A program made the position numbers and the translations under genes. DNA of 64,000 nt, from contig JAYPUA010000014.1 in assembly GCA_038133845.1 (NCBI GenBank), positions 1,471 to 65,470 of the forward strand, given 5' to 3'. Source of the DNA: Deltaproteobacteria bacterium. GTDB taxonomy: Bacteria; SAR324; NAC60-12. Below, piece by piece: positions 26,445 to 35,819 of this stretch (position 1 is the first letter of the stretch; each line of letters opens with the position of its first letter). Under the pieces are notes generated by a model. It was not told the DNA's origin and made no database searches. It saw only the letters and a list, made by a program, of their open reading frames with translations.

Positions 26445-27445
26445 TGGATTCTATCTCCCTTTGAGTCGAATTTGTGAATCATGTTTGGCCTCGGGGTCAT
26501 GTAGATGGTGTCCCCTTGAGCGAAACCAACCTCACCACTGACGCGGACTGTCACTTGACGCTGTAGGCTGCTGTCTTGAATGTGAAAAAAGGTATCCGAA
26601 CCCAAATGTTCAGAAAGTCCCACCGTTCCTTTCCAGCGACCTTCGTTTTCGGAGACGTCAATGTGCTCCGGCCGAATCCCTATCGTATGGGCACCGTGTT
26701 CGGAAGCTCGCTCTCCTTCAATAAAATTCATTTTGGGAGATCCGATGAATCCGGCAACGAACAAGTTTTTGGGGGCACGATACAGCTCAAGTGGCGATCC
26801 CACCTGTTCGATCACTCCGGCGTTGATCACTACGATCTTATCGGCCATGGTCATGGCTTCGACTTGGTCGTGCGTAACATAAATCATGGTTGTCGCCAAG
26901 CGCTTGTGCAACTCGCTGATTTCTAGGCGCATGCCAACACGCAAAGCGGCATCAAGGTTCGACAGCGGCTCATCAAACAGGAACGCCTTTGGCTCGCGAA
27001 CGATGGCTCGCCCGATGGCAACACGCTGCCGTTGTCCACCAGACAGCTGACTTGGTTTCCGATCAAGGTAGTCAGTAAGGTTGAGTGCTTTCGCTGCCGA
27101 TTCGATCCGCTTGTCTTGTTCTGCCTTCTCCAAGCCAGCCATGCGCAGTGGAAAGGCAATATTCTTGCGAACAGTCATGTGGGGGTAGAGCGCATAGCTC
27201 TGGAACACCATTGCCAACCCTCGCTTGGCAGGAGGAAGGGTTGTGGCATCCTGACCGTCAATGAAGATGGCCCCTTCGGTGACATCCTCCAGCCCGGCAA
27301 TCAATCGCAACAACGTGGATTTCCCACAGCCAGAAGGGCCGACAAAGACGACAAACTCACCATCTTCAATTTGCAGATTCAGCGGTGGGATGACCGTCAA
27401 TTCGTCAAAATTTTTACTGACTTGCTTGAGAGTTATTTGTCCCAT
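26441..27445 (-). CDS. smoK: Polyol ABC transporter ATP-binding protein
   Basis: [25 protein letters not shown]. Confidence 0.93.
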   Translation of the reverse strand: MGQITLKQVSKNFDELTVIPPLNLQIEDGEFVVFVGPSGCGKSTLLRLIAGLEDVTEGAIFIDGQDATTLPPAKRGLAMVFQSYALYPHMTVRKNIAFPLRMAGLEKAEQDKRIESAAKALNLTDYLDRKPSQLSGGQRQRVAIGRAIVREPKAFLFDEPLSNLDAALRVGMRLEISELHKRLATTMIYVTHDQVEAMTMADKIVVINAGVIEQVGSPLELYRAPKNLFVAGFIGSPKMNFIEGERASEHGAHTIGIRPEHIDVSENEGRWKGTVGLSEHLGSDTFFHIQDSSLQRQVTVRVSGEVGFAQGDTIYMTPRPNMIHKFDSKGDRIQ

Positions 27446-27454
27446 GATTTTTCC

Positions 27455-28288
27455 TTACTTCACCGCACCAAAAGTGAGTCCGCGAACAAGTTGTTTTTGA
27501 CTAAACCAGCCCATGATCAGGATTGGGGCGATTGCCATCACTGAGGCCGCACTGAGTTTTGCGTAGAACAATCCTTCAGGGCTGGAATAGCTGGCGATAA
27601 AAGCTGTAAGAGGGGCTGCTTGTGCTGCCGTCAGGTTTAATGTCCAGAATGCCTCATTCCAGGCCAGAATGATGTTCAATAAAACGGTGGAAGCCATTCC
27701 CGGGACCGCCATTGGGGTCAGGACGTAAAGGACCTCACTGCGCAAGGAAGCCCCGTCCATTCGTGCAGCTTCCAAAATTTCATTTGGAATCTCTCGAAAG
27801 TAGGTGTAGAGCATCCAAATGATGATCGGCAAGTTGATCAGCATCAACACAACAGTGAGTCCCAGGCGGCTATCCAGGAGACCAAGGTCGCGGAAAATCA
27901 GGTAAATCGGTACCAACACCCCAACAGGAGGCAGCATTTTTGTGGACAGCATCCACATTAAAACATTCTTTGTCCTTTTGGCAGGAACGAATGCCATCGA
28001 CCAAGCTGCAGGGACGGCGACCAACAAACCAAGAAATGTGGACCCAAGCGAAATGATCACCGAGTTGGAAAAGTGCTTTAGGTAATCAGATCTTGCCTGG
28101 ACGGTGCTGAAGCTTTCCAGGGTCCAGCCGGAACTGAACAAGATTTCCAGTGGGGCCCGGATGGCATCTTCCTCTGTTTTGAAAGACAGGATCAGAATCC
28201 AAAGGATTGGGAAGAAAAGCAGGGAACCGAAAAGCCCGGCTATTATGGTGTTGGTGATCTTGACTGAGCTGGTAACTGCGCGTGCCAT
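27455..28288 (-). CDS. smoG: Polyol ABC transporter permease
   Basis: Hydrophobic helices; EAA loop EAARMDGAS; ends LVRGLTFGAVK. Confidence 0.92.
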   Translation of the reverse strand: MARAVTSSVKITNTIIAGLFGSLLFFPILWILILSFKTEEDAIRAPLEILFSSGWTLESFSTVQARSDYLKHFSNSVIISLGSTFLGLLVAVPAAWSMAFVPAKRTKNVLMWMLSTKMLPPVGVLVPIYLIFRDLGLLDSRLGLTVVLMLINLPIIIWMLYTYFREIPNEILEAARMDGASLRSEVLYVLTPMAVPGMASTVLLNIILAWNEAFWTLNLTAAQAAPLTAFIASYSSPEGLFYAKLSAASVMAIAPILIMGWFSQKQLVRGLTFGAVK

Positions 28289-28298
28289 GAGTTCTCAC

Positions 28299-29171
28299 CT
28301 ATGCGTCGAGATTCTTGCCGATCATCCGCATGAGGAAGATCGCAACGATATTGGCCAAAATGATAGCAATGACACCACCGGCACTTCCCATTCCAACATC
28401 GAACTGTAACAACGAAGACACGTAAATCAGATAGGTAAGATTAGTCGTTGCGGTACCTGGTCCACCGTTTGTGGTGACGAGAATCTCTGCAAAAATCGAG
28501 AGCAGGAAAATGGTCTGAATCAAGATCACGACCGTGATCGCTCGAGATAGGTGCGGAAGCATGATGTGCCAGAATCGGCTCAACCGATTTGCGCCATCCA
28601 TCTCAGCCGCCTCAATCTGTTCCTGATCAAGCGATTGCAGTGCTGTGAAGAGAATCAGTGTGGCAAACGGGAGCCATTGCCAACTGACAATGACGATGAT
28701 TGAGGTGAGTGGGATCTGACCAAAAAAATCAATTGCTTCAAAGCCCAGGCCGGTTGCGATGCGCCCGAAGATTCCGTTCACTGGATTCATGAACATGTTT
28801 TTCCAGACAAGGGCGGAAACGGTAGGCATCACAAAGAAAGGTGCAATGACCATGACCCGAATAATCCCCTGCCCGAACATGGGCCGATCCAGCAACAGAG
28901 CAAGCAGGATTCCTCCGATCACCGTAATCAAGAGGACACCCCCGACCAATAACAAAGTATTGATCATGGCCTCTTCGAAGCTGGGATCAGTGACAAACCA
29001 GTAGTAGTTTTCAGACCCCACAAATGGATTCCCACTTGGCGTGATCAGGTTGTATCTCAGAAACGAGAAATAGACTGTCAGCACAAGCGGTACGATCATC
29101 CAGCCCAGCAAAAGCAGTACGGCCGGTGAAATCATCATCCTCGCGGCGGCGCGGGAAGCTTTGGTTGCCAT
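28299..29171 (-). CDS. smoF: Polyol ABC transporter permease
   Basis: WQWLPFATLI, EAAEMDGAN, TTNGGPG. Confidence 0.92.
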   Translation of the reverse strand: MATKASRAAARMMISPAVLLLLGWMIVPLVLTVYFSFLRYNLITPSGNPFVGSENYYWFVTDPSFEEAMINTLLLVGGVLLITVIGGILLALLLDRPMFGQGIIRVMVIAPFFVMPTVSALVWKNMFMNPVNGIFGRIATGLGFEAIDFFGQIPLTSIIVIVSWQWLPFATLILFTALQSLDQEQIEAAEMDGANRLSRFWHIMLPHLSRAITVVILIQTIFLLSIFAEILVTTNGGPGTATTNLTYLIYVSSLLQFDVGMGSAGGVIAIILANIVAIFLMRMIGKNLDA

Positions 29172-29194
29172 GTGAACAGTTGGGTCGAAATTAT

Positions 29195-29741
29195 CAAGAA
29201 AGCAGGTCGATCTTCAGGGACCGGCTCGCACTCTTTAATCAAATCTTACTGGTGGTAGCCCGCTTTGGTCGTCTCACGAAGGGCAAACTCTTGGCTGTTG
29301 GCCAAATCGGTTTCAACCGGGTTGAGAGCCTGCCAATGCTACAGCGTCTTGTTGCTCTGCGTGGTAGCCGGTTCCTTGGGAATCAGGAAGGCCACAAATT
29401 GTATACTGGTGCCAGGAACTGGGAGCAGGTTCAGCCGAGAAGACAGTGTCTTTGATACTGGCCACAAACGGGGCCGCTTTCAGCAGGCGTGGGGTCTCGT
29501 GAATGGGAGCACAAGCTCCGCTCGGAACCAACCCCTGGCCTTCGGTTTCACCAGCCTGCAAATACTTGCTTGAGACTCTCCATTTCAGGAAGTCTTTACA
29601 ACGTCCGCTTTGGTGGAGCTTGCTGGGAGGACAAGGCCCAAGACCAACCGGCCCCTTTTGCAGTTGCCCGCTTGGGGGCCTGGAAGAAATTGGTCTTGTC
29701 AGCAACTGGAGGAGTTGACTGGACTGCGAACGTCATTCGCG
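29195..29741 (-). pseudogene. Decayed tandem copy of the 3' part of smoE plus its terminator
   Basis: Collinear with 29742-30307 (e.g. FLKW...GETEG...PRLLKAAPF.ASIKD, ALAGSQ) but with frameshifts, deletions and stops. Confidence 0.9.
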
Positions 29742-29742
29742 C

Positions 29743-29774
29743 AAGAAAAACGGGCCGACCCTCAGATCGGCCCG
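29743..29774 (-). terminator. Intrinsic terminator / attenuating hairpin after smoE
   Basis: Minus strand CGGGCCGATCTGAGGGTCGGCCCG followed by TTTTTCTT. Confidence 0.75.
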
Positions 29775-29788
29775 CATTCTTTGAGACC

Positions 29789-31129
29789 TTACTTGTAGTA
29801 ACCCGCCTTGGTCATCTCACGAAGGGCGAACTTTTGGCTGTTGGCCAAAGCAGTTTCAATCGATTGAGAGCCTGCCAATGCAGCAGCTACTTGCTGTCCT
29901 ACGTAGTTGCCGATTCCCTGGAACTCAGGAATGGCGACAAACTGAACACCGGTGTAAGGAACCGGCAACAGGGAGGGATCTGCAGGGTCCACCGAGAAGA
30001 TGGCGTCTTTGATGCTGGCCGCAAACGGTGCCGCTTTCAGCAGACGTGGGTCCTCGTGAATGGAGGCACGAGTTCCACTTGGAACCGCCACCCAGCCTTC
30101 GGTTTCACCCACCATCTGGAAGTACTCTTTCGAGGTCCCCCATTTCAGGAAGTCTTTGGCAACGTCCGCTTTGGTGGAGCTTGCCGGGATCGCCAGGGCC
30201 CAAGACCAGAACCAACCGGTTCCTTTTGCAGTGGCCTGCTTCGGGGCCTGGAAGAAGTCGGTCTTGTCAGCGACAGAGGAGTTGGCTGGGTTGCGAACGT
30301 CATTCGCAGCGGAAGTCGCGTCAATCCAAGTGGCACACTTGCCGTCCTTGAACAGGGCACGGTTTTCATTGTGACCGTTTCCGGTTGCTCCCGGAGGTCC
30401 GTAGTTGGTCATCAGATTCACGTAGTACTCGATTGCAGCGTTCCACTCAGGAGAGTCCAGCTGCGGCTGCCATTTTTCGTCGAACCAGCGAGCACCAAAG
30501 GCATTTGCAAGCGTTCCAACAAAAGCCATGTTCTCTCCCCAGCCAGCCTTACCACGCTGACAGGTGCCGTAGATGCCGTTTTCCGGGTCATGGACCTTGG
30601 AAACCATGTCGGCAAACTCTGTATAGGTGATCTGCTCCTTGGGAATGGAGATCCCCGCCTTTTTGAAGACATCCGTACGGTAATACGTAAAGGATGTTTC
30701 CGAATACAGCGGAACCGCATAAAGGTTGCCGTTTGCCGACAAGCCATTTCTTACGAGCTGAAAGATGTCGTTGACATCATAACCCGCATCATCTCCAAAA
30801 TCATTCAGTGAGGTCAGCCAGCCGTTGGCTCCCCAAATCGGGGTCTCGTAAGCACCAATGAACATGATGTCAAAAGAACCCCCATTGGTTGCGATGTCCT
30901 GAGTCGTTCGCTGACGAAGGACATTTTCCTCAAGCACCACCCAGTTGATCTTGTTGCCTGTAGCCTGCTCCCACTTCGGGGCCAGCTTCTGCATCACGAT
31001 CATGTCGTTGTTATTGACTGTGGCGATAGTGATCTCCTCCGCGGTGACGGTCGTGGAGGCAACTGAAGCCACTGCCAAGCCGGCGACAAGGCCAGCAAAT
31101 GTTTTGGTCAGCTTGGATATGCGACGCAT
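29789..31129 (-). CDS. smoE: Polyol ABC transporter substrate-binding protein
   Basis: Signal peptide; ITIATVNNNDM, WVVLEENVLRQR, RGKAGWGEN, PYTGVQFVAIPEFQ. Confidence 0.93.
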   Translation of the reverse strand: MRRISKLTKTFAGLVAGLAVASVASTTVTAEEITIATVNNNDMIVMQKLAPKWEQATGNKINWVVLEENVLRQRTTQDIATNGGSFDIMFIGAYETPIWGANGWLTSLNDFGDDAGYDVNDIFQLVRNGLSANGNLYAVPLYSETSFTYYRTDVFKKAGISIPKEQITYTEFADMVSKVHDPENGIYGTCQRGKAGWGENMAFVGTLANAFGARWFDEKWQPQLDSPEWNAAIEYYVNLMTNYGPPGATGNGHNENRALFKDGKCATWIDATSAANDVRNPANSSVADKTDFFQAPKQATAKGTGWFWSWALAIPASSTKADVAKDFLKWGTSKEYFQMVGETEGWVAVPSGTRASIHEDPRLLKAAPFAASIKDAIFSVDPADPSLLPVPYTGVQFVAIPEFQGIGNYVGQQVAAALAGSQSIETALANSQKFALREMTKAGYYK

Positions 31130-31298
31130 TTTCTTCTCCGTTGATCAGTTATGGCTTTCTGCACAAGAAAATTCCCATGCCTTCAAGCCAAGGGTTAGGA
31201 CCTGTTGGTGCCCCTTTGAACTTAAAGGGACGATCAATCGTAAGTGGAGATAGCTGGGTAAATGGCAGCTATGATCACCAACGATTAATTGCTCACCA

Positions 31299-31328
31299 AC
31301 TCTACAGGGGATGAGAAAATCTTGTCAA
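31299..31328 (-). promoter_or_regulatory. Candidate sigma70 promoter of the polyol operon
   Basis: Minus strand TTGACA-18 nt-TAGAGT in the smoE/deoC divergent spacer. Confidence 0.45.
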
Positions 31329-31477
31329 GCAAAAATTTCATCTCGGTTTTGGGCCGTTCAACGGGTTTCTGCTTACGCATTGCGGAAAGTTCGTTTACAC
31401 TACGTTCCCAATCGACCCCTGGCGCTTTCTCTGCAGAAACACACGGGGCCTCAAGACCTCTGAACGGACATTGAAAA

Positions 31478-32437
31478 ATGGAGACAACACCGCTGCGCAA
31501 CCCCATAGGCGAACTGGATCTGGAGTGGGTGTCAGGGCTTCGCGTCAACCGCAGCGCCTCGGAGCGTCGAGCCGCAACGCTAGGAACGCGCCGCAGCGTG
31601 AAGAAGCAGTGGCAGGCAGCGTGGCTGCTCAAGGCGATCGCCTGCATGGACCTGACAACCCTTTCCGGCGATGACACCCCGGACCGCGTGAGACGCTTGT
31701 GCGCCAAGGCTCGTCGTCCGCTACGTGAAGACCTGGTCCGGAGCCTGGGGATTGAGTCGCTGAACCTGAAGGTCGGGGCGGTGTGCGTCTATCACGCGTT
31801 TGTGGAGACGGCGGTCCGGGCCTTGGAAGGCTCAGGCGTTCCGGTGGCGGCGGTCTCCACCGGGTTCCCTCATGGACTGAGCCCGCTTCCTGTGAAGCTC
31901 GCAGAGATCCGGGCCTCGGTGGAGGCCGGGGCTCGGGAGATTGACATCGTGATTACGCGCTCACATGTGCTGACCGGTAACTGGCAGGCGCTGCATGACG
32001 AGGTGTCAGCCTACCGAGAAGCTTGTGGAGAGGCGCACCTGAAGACCATTCTGGGCACCGGAGACCTGGGAACCCTCCGGAATGTGGCGCGAGCGAGCGC
32101 GGTCTGTCTGCAGGCCGGAGCAGATTTCATCAAGACCTCCACCGGGAAAGAGTCCGTGAACGCCACCCTCCCGGTGAGCCTGACCATGGTCCGGATGATC
32201 CGCGAACACGAAGAGCGCACCGGCTTCCAAGTTGGCTTCAAGCCGGCAGGAGGCATCCGGACCGCCAAGCAGGCGCTGGAGTGGCTGATTCTGATGAAAG
32301 AGGAGCTGGGCGGTCCCTGGCTCACCCCGGAACTGTTTCGCTTTGGGGCCAGCGGACTGCTGACCGACATCGAGCGCCAGCTGGAACACCACGTTACCGG
32401 ACGCTACGCGGCCGCCCACCGTCAGCCTGCGGCCTGA
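31478..32437 (+). CDS. deoC: Deoxyribose-phosphate aldolase (long type)
   Basis: MDLTTLSGDDT, VSTGFP, EIDIVI, FIKTSTGK, GFKPAGGIR, RFGASGLL. Confidence 0.95.
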   Translation: METTPLRNPIGELDLEWVSGLRVNRSASERRAATLGTRRSVKKQWQAAWLLKAIACMDLTTLSGDDTPDRVRRLCAKARRPLREDLVRSLGIESLNLKVGAVCVYHAFVETAVRALEGSGVPVAAVSTGFPHGLSPLPVKLAEIRASVEAGAREIDIVITRSHVLTGNWQALHDEVSAYREACGEAHLKTILGTGDLGTLRNVARASAVCLQAGADFIKTSTGKESVNATLPVSLTMVRMIREHEERTGFQVGFKPAGGIRTAKQALEWLILMKEELGGPWLTPELFRFGASGLLTDIERQLEHHVTGRYAAAHRQPAA

Positions 32438-32549
32438 AATCAAAAGGAACCTTGGGGACTCTTCCCAATCTTTGGGGAGCGATGCCCCGCTGTTTCGGGG
32501 AGAATGCTTCCCGAAACCCTCAACGTCAACGTTCTGCCAGGAGCACCTC

Positions 32550-32960
32550 ATGAGTTCAACATCCGGGCGATGCCTGTGTGGCGCCGTTACCTTTGAAGTG
32601 ACCGGAGAGCCGGCGATGCAGGGCAACTGCCACTGCCTCGACTGCAAACGTGCCACGGGTGCCGGCTTCGCCACCATTGCCTTCTTCAAGGAGGGGCAGT
32701 TCCAGCTGCTCTCCGGAACCCCAAAGTCCTTTGCGCACACCGCAGATAGCGGAAGCGAGATGAGCAAGTCGTTCTGTCCGGACTGCGGATCCCTGCTCTT
32801 CGGGAGCAACTCCAGCCGGCCCGGCGTGATCTCGGTCTACGCGGGCTCCCTGGAGGCTCCGGAGTGGCTCAAGCCGCAGTTCAACGTCTGGACGGTCCGG
32901 GCGTGGTCTTGCTCCACAATCGATCCAACGCTCAACAACTTTGAGAAGGGGCGTCAGTGA
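32550..32960 (+). CDS. GFA/CENP-V family Zn-binding protein
   Basis: GRCLCGAV, CHCLDCKRATG, FCPDCGS; AGGAG before ATG 32550. Confidence 0.92.
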   Translation: MSSTSGRCLCGAVTFEVTGEPAMQGNCHCLDCKRATGAGFATIAFFKEGQFQLLSGTPKSFAHTADSGSEMSKSFCPDCGSLLFGSNSSRPGVISVYAGSLEAPEWLKPQFNVWTVRAWSCSTIDPTLNNFEKGRQ

Positions 32961-32992
32961 AGGCAACTCGAGCCTGATGTGGAGGGCGTGTC

Positions 32993-33745
32993 GTGAACCC
33001 TGAAGAGGCGCTCCGCCTGCTTGAACAGGTGGCTGCCGGACAGTTGGCTCCACCGGAGGCGCTGGGAAAATTGCGCGCGTTCCAGGTGGAGACGCTGGGG
33101 TTTGCCGAGGTGGATCACCACCGCGAGTTGCGCAAGGGCTTTCCGGAGGTGATCTACTGTGAGGGCAAGACCGAAACGCAGGTTGCGGAGATTCTGGTTT
33201 CGCTGAACAGGGCCAGCCCGCACTCTTCCATTCTGGGAACTCGCGCGACTCCGGAGCAGTACGCCGCAGCAAAACGGCGCCTCCCGGAGGTGGGCTACTG
33301 CGAGGTTTCGCGCTGCCTCTTCCTGGATCGCACCACAGAAGACTCCTTGCTGGGCGATGTGCTGCTGATCAGTGCTGGGACTACGGATCAGCCGGTGCTC
33401 TGGGAAGCCTGGCACACCGCGAGGCTCACGGGCAGCCGAACCGAGGTCATTGAAGACCTCGGGGTGGCCGGACTGCAGCGCATTGTCCAGAGGCATGAGC
33501 GGCTCCTGCAGGCCCGGGTGATCGTGGTTGCTGCCGGAATGGAGGCCGCCCTCCCGACCGTCATCGCGGGGCTGGTCGGCTGCCCGGTGATCGGCATCCC
33601 CACCTCGGTGGGCTACGGGACGGCGTTTGGAGGCGTCACTGCGCTGCTCGGAATGTTGAACAGTTGCGCCTCCAACCTCTGTGCGGTGAACATCAACGCC
33701 GGCTTCCGGGCCGGATTTCTCGCCAGCTTGATCAACAGGCCCTGA
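32993..33745 (+). CDS. larB: Nickel-pincer cofactor biosynthesis protein LarB (NaAD carboxylase/hydrolase)
   Basis: VDHHRELRKGFPEVIYCEGKT, AGTTD, DLGVAG, AGMEAALP, PTSVGYG, LNSCA. Confidence 0.95.
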   Translation: MNPEEALRLLEQVAAGQLAPPEALGKLRAFQVETLGFAEVDHHRELRKGFPEVIYCEGKTETQVAEILVSLNRASPHSSILGTRATPEQYAAAKRRLPEVGYCEVSRCLFLDRTTEDSLLGDVLLISAGTTDQPVLWEAWHTARLTGSRTEVIEDLGVAGLQRIVQRHERLLQARVIVVAAGMEAALPTVIAGLVGCPVIGIPTSVGYGTAFGGVTALLGMLNSCASNLCAVNINAGFRAGFLASLINRP

Positions 33746-34923
33746 TGCACCTCCACGTCCACTGCACCTCCGGAATCAGCGGAGACATGCTCGTTGGCGC
33801 ATTTCTCGACCTCGGCCTGCCCTGGGAACACCTGCAAGCCAGCCTGAACGGCCTGGCGCTGGAGGGCTGGCGCATCCGGCACCAGCAGGTTCGGAAGGGA
33901 GGTCGGGATGCGGTGCAGTTTCAGGTCGAGTGGGAGGAGCAGACCCGGCACCGCCACCTCCGGGACATCCTGGAAATTTTACAGCGTTCAAAGCTTCCGG
34001 AGCCTGTTCAACGGGTCGCCATCGACCTCTTCCGAACCTTGGGAGAGGCCGAAGCGCAGGTGCATCAGGTACCGCTGGAGCAGGTGCACTTTCACGAGGT
34101 GGGCGCGGTGGACACGATTGTGGACATCACGGCCATTGCTGTGGCGCTTGACTACTGGAAGATCCGGAGCGTGACCTCGACCCCTGTGGTGGAAGGTCTC
34201 GGCTCGGTGCGCTACTCCCACGGGACCACCGAGTTGCCGGTTCCGGCAGTACGTGCTCTCCTGGCCGATGCCTCCTGGCACCGGATTCCACTGGATTCGG
34301 AGCTGGTCACTCCCACCGGTGCGGCATTTCTCAACCGCTGGGTGTCTGCCTACACCGAGCTTTCTCCGCTGCTGAAACCTGCAGGGGGCGTGGGCTGCGG
34401 ATCCAAGGACTTTGAGCATCCGAACGTGCTGGAGCTGCAGCTTGGAGACCAGCTGCTGGAGTCGGAAACCCTGCTGCGTCTGGAGACCAACCTGGACGAT
34501 GTGAGCCCTCAGATCCTGGCGAGCTGCCTGAAGCTCGCCTTGCAGGAAGGCGCGCTGGATGCCTGGGCCTCTCCGGTGTGGGGGAAGAAGGGGCGGTTGG
34601 GACAGCAGCTGGTGCTGCTCTGCACCGAGCCGAATCGTGATGCGCTGATCCGCTGGATGATGAAACAGGCGGGCACTTACGGGGTGCGCGTGGTTCCGGT
34701 CTCTCGGTTGAAACTTCTCTCTCAACATGAACACTTTCCGAGCGAGTGGGGCCCGGTCTCGGTCCGGACGGGACAGCTGGGAGACGAACTGCTGCACTGG
34801 AAACCCGAGCATGATGACGTGGAGCGTATCGCCCAGGAGACGGGAGAAAGCATGCTCTGGGTTGAGGCGCGCATCCGGGAGGCCTGGGGAAGCCGCATCC
34901 GGAAGCATGGAAAGGACACATGA
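33745..34923 (+). CDS. larC: Nickel-pincer cofactor nickel insertase LarC
   Basis: SGISGDM, VHFHEVGAVDTIVDI, ELVTPTGAA, LETNLDD, KKGR, KPEHDD; ATG overlaps the larB stop. Confidence 0.93.
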   Translation: MHLHVHCTSGISGDMLVGAFLDLGLPWEHLQASLNGLALEGWRIRHQQVRKGGRDAVQFQVEWEEQTRHRHLRDILEILQRSKLPEPVQRVAIDLFRTLGEAEAQVHQVPLEQVHFHEVGAVDTIVDITAIAVALDYWKIRSVTSTPVVEGLGSVRYSHGTTELPVPAVRALLADASWHRIPLDSELVTPTGAAFLNRWVSAYTELSPLLKPAGGVGCGSKDFEHPNVLELQLGDQLLESETLLRLETNLDDVSPQILASCLKLALQEGALDAWASPVWGKKGRLGQQLVLLCTEPNRDALIRWMMKQAGTYGVRVVPVSRLKLLSQHEHFPSEWGPVSVRTGQLGDELLHWKPEHDDVERIAQETGESMLWVEARIREAWGSRIRKHGKDT

Positions 34924-35807
34924 ACCACACGAACCTCTGGAGCCGGCTGGAGTCTGTCCTGAACGGTCCGTCCCTCCGGGTAGTCGCCTGCAGCGGAGGG
35001 GTGGACAGCTTGTTGCTCGCCACGGTTGCTCATCGGTTGGACGCAGGAAGGACGCAGGTCGCCCACGCAGTCGGGCCTGCAGTCCCGGAGGCAGCAACCC
35101 GCAGGGTGCAGCGCTGGGCGGCTCAGGAGAATTGGGATCTGCAGTTGGTGAATGCCGGAGAGTTTGAGGATCCGCAGTATCTGGCCAACCCGGTGAACCG
35201 CTGCTTCTACTGCAAAAGCCACCTCTACCAGTCCCTTGGTCGAATCCGAGACGTGCTGGATCCCTCCGGAGTCCTGATGAGCGGCACCAACACGGACGAC
35301 CTGCAGGAGTTTCGTCCTGGACTCCAAGCCGCGGAGTTGGCGCAGGTTCGGCATCCCTTTGTGGAGGCGCAGTTCAGCAAGACACAGATCCGCGAGCTGG
35401 CCCGGGAGATGGGCCTGCCTTTTGCGGAGCTGCCGGCCTCTCCATGCCTGGCCAGCCGCCTCTATACTGGAACTCCGGTCTCGGCACCGGTGCTGGAGGT
35501 CATCGACTGGGCCGAGTCGCTGATTCGAGAACGCACCGGGTGGAATGTGGTCCGGTGCCGTGTCCAGCAGGACGTGATGCGCATCGAGGTGGAGGCTCCG
35601 AGCGCGTTTGTGGAGTTCCCCGAACTGCTGGAGGAGGTCGCCGCCCGAGCGCGTCGCTCTCCCGCCATCCGGCACGTCGAGATCGACTCGGAACCCTACC
35701 GCTCCGGGCGGGCCTTTGTCCCACCGAACCCCCTTGAGGCTGAGGCGTCAGGGCACACGCGACTTTCTCGCGCAATGAGAGAGTCTGCAGACTTCAAACC
35801 CGCATGA
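34920..35807 (+). CDS. larE: Nickel-pincer cofactor sulfur transferase LarE
   Basis: PP-loop SGGVDS, NPVNRCFYCK, GTNTDD, RPGLQAA, SPCLASR. Confidence 0.92.
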   Translation: MNHTNLWSRLESVLNGPSLRVVACSGGVDSLLLATVAHRLDAGRTQVAHAVGPAVPEAATRRVQRWAAQENWDLQLVNAGEFEDPQYLANPVNRCFYCKSHLYQSLGRIRDVLDPSGVLMSGTNTDDLQEFRPGLQAAELAQVRHPFVEAQFSKTQIRELAREMGLPFAELPASPCLASRLYTGTPVSAPVLEVIDWAESLIRERTGWNVVRCRVQQDVMRIEVEAPSAFVEFPELLEEVAARARRSPAIRHVEIDSEPYRSGRAFVPPNPLEAEASGHTRLSRAMRESADFKPA

Positions 35808-35819
35808 GGAAACGCAAGC

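Noticed and set aside
29195-30307. Diversity-generating retroelement template/variable repeat pair
   Set aside because: Differences are not adenine-specific and include indels; there is no reverse transcriptase in the window.
29489-30811. 440-aa plus-strand ORF with an internal repeat
   Set aside because: It is the antisense read-through of smoE and its decayed duplicate; the repeat reflects the DNA duplication.
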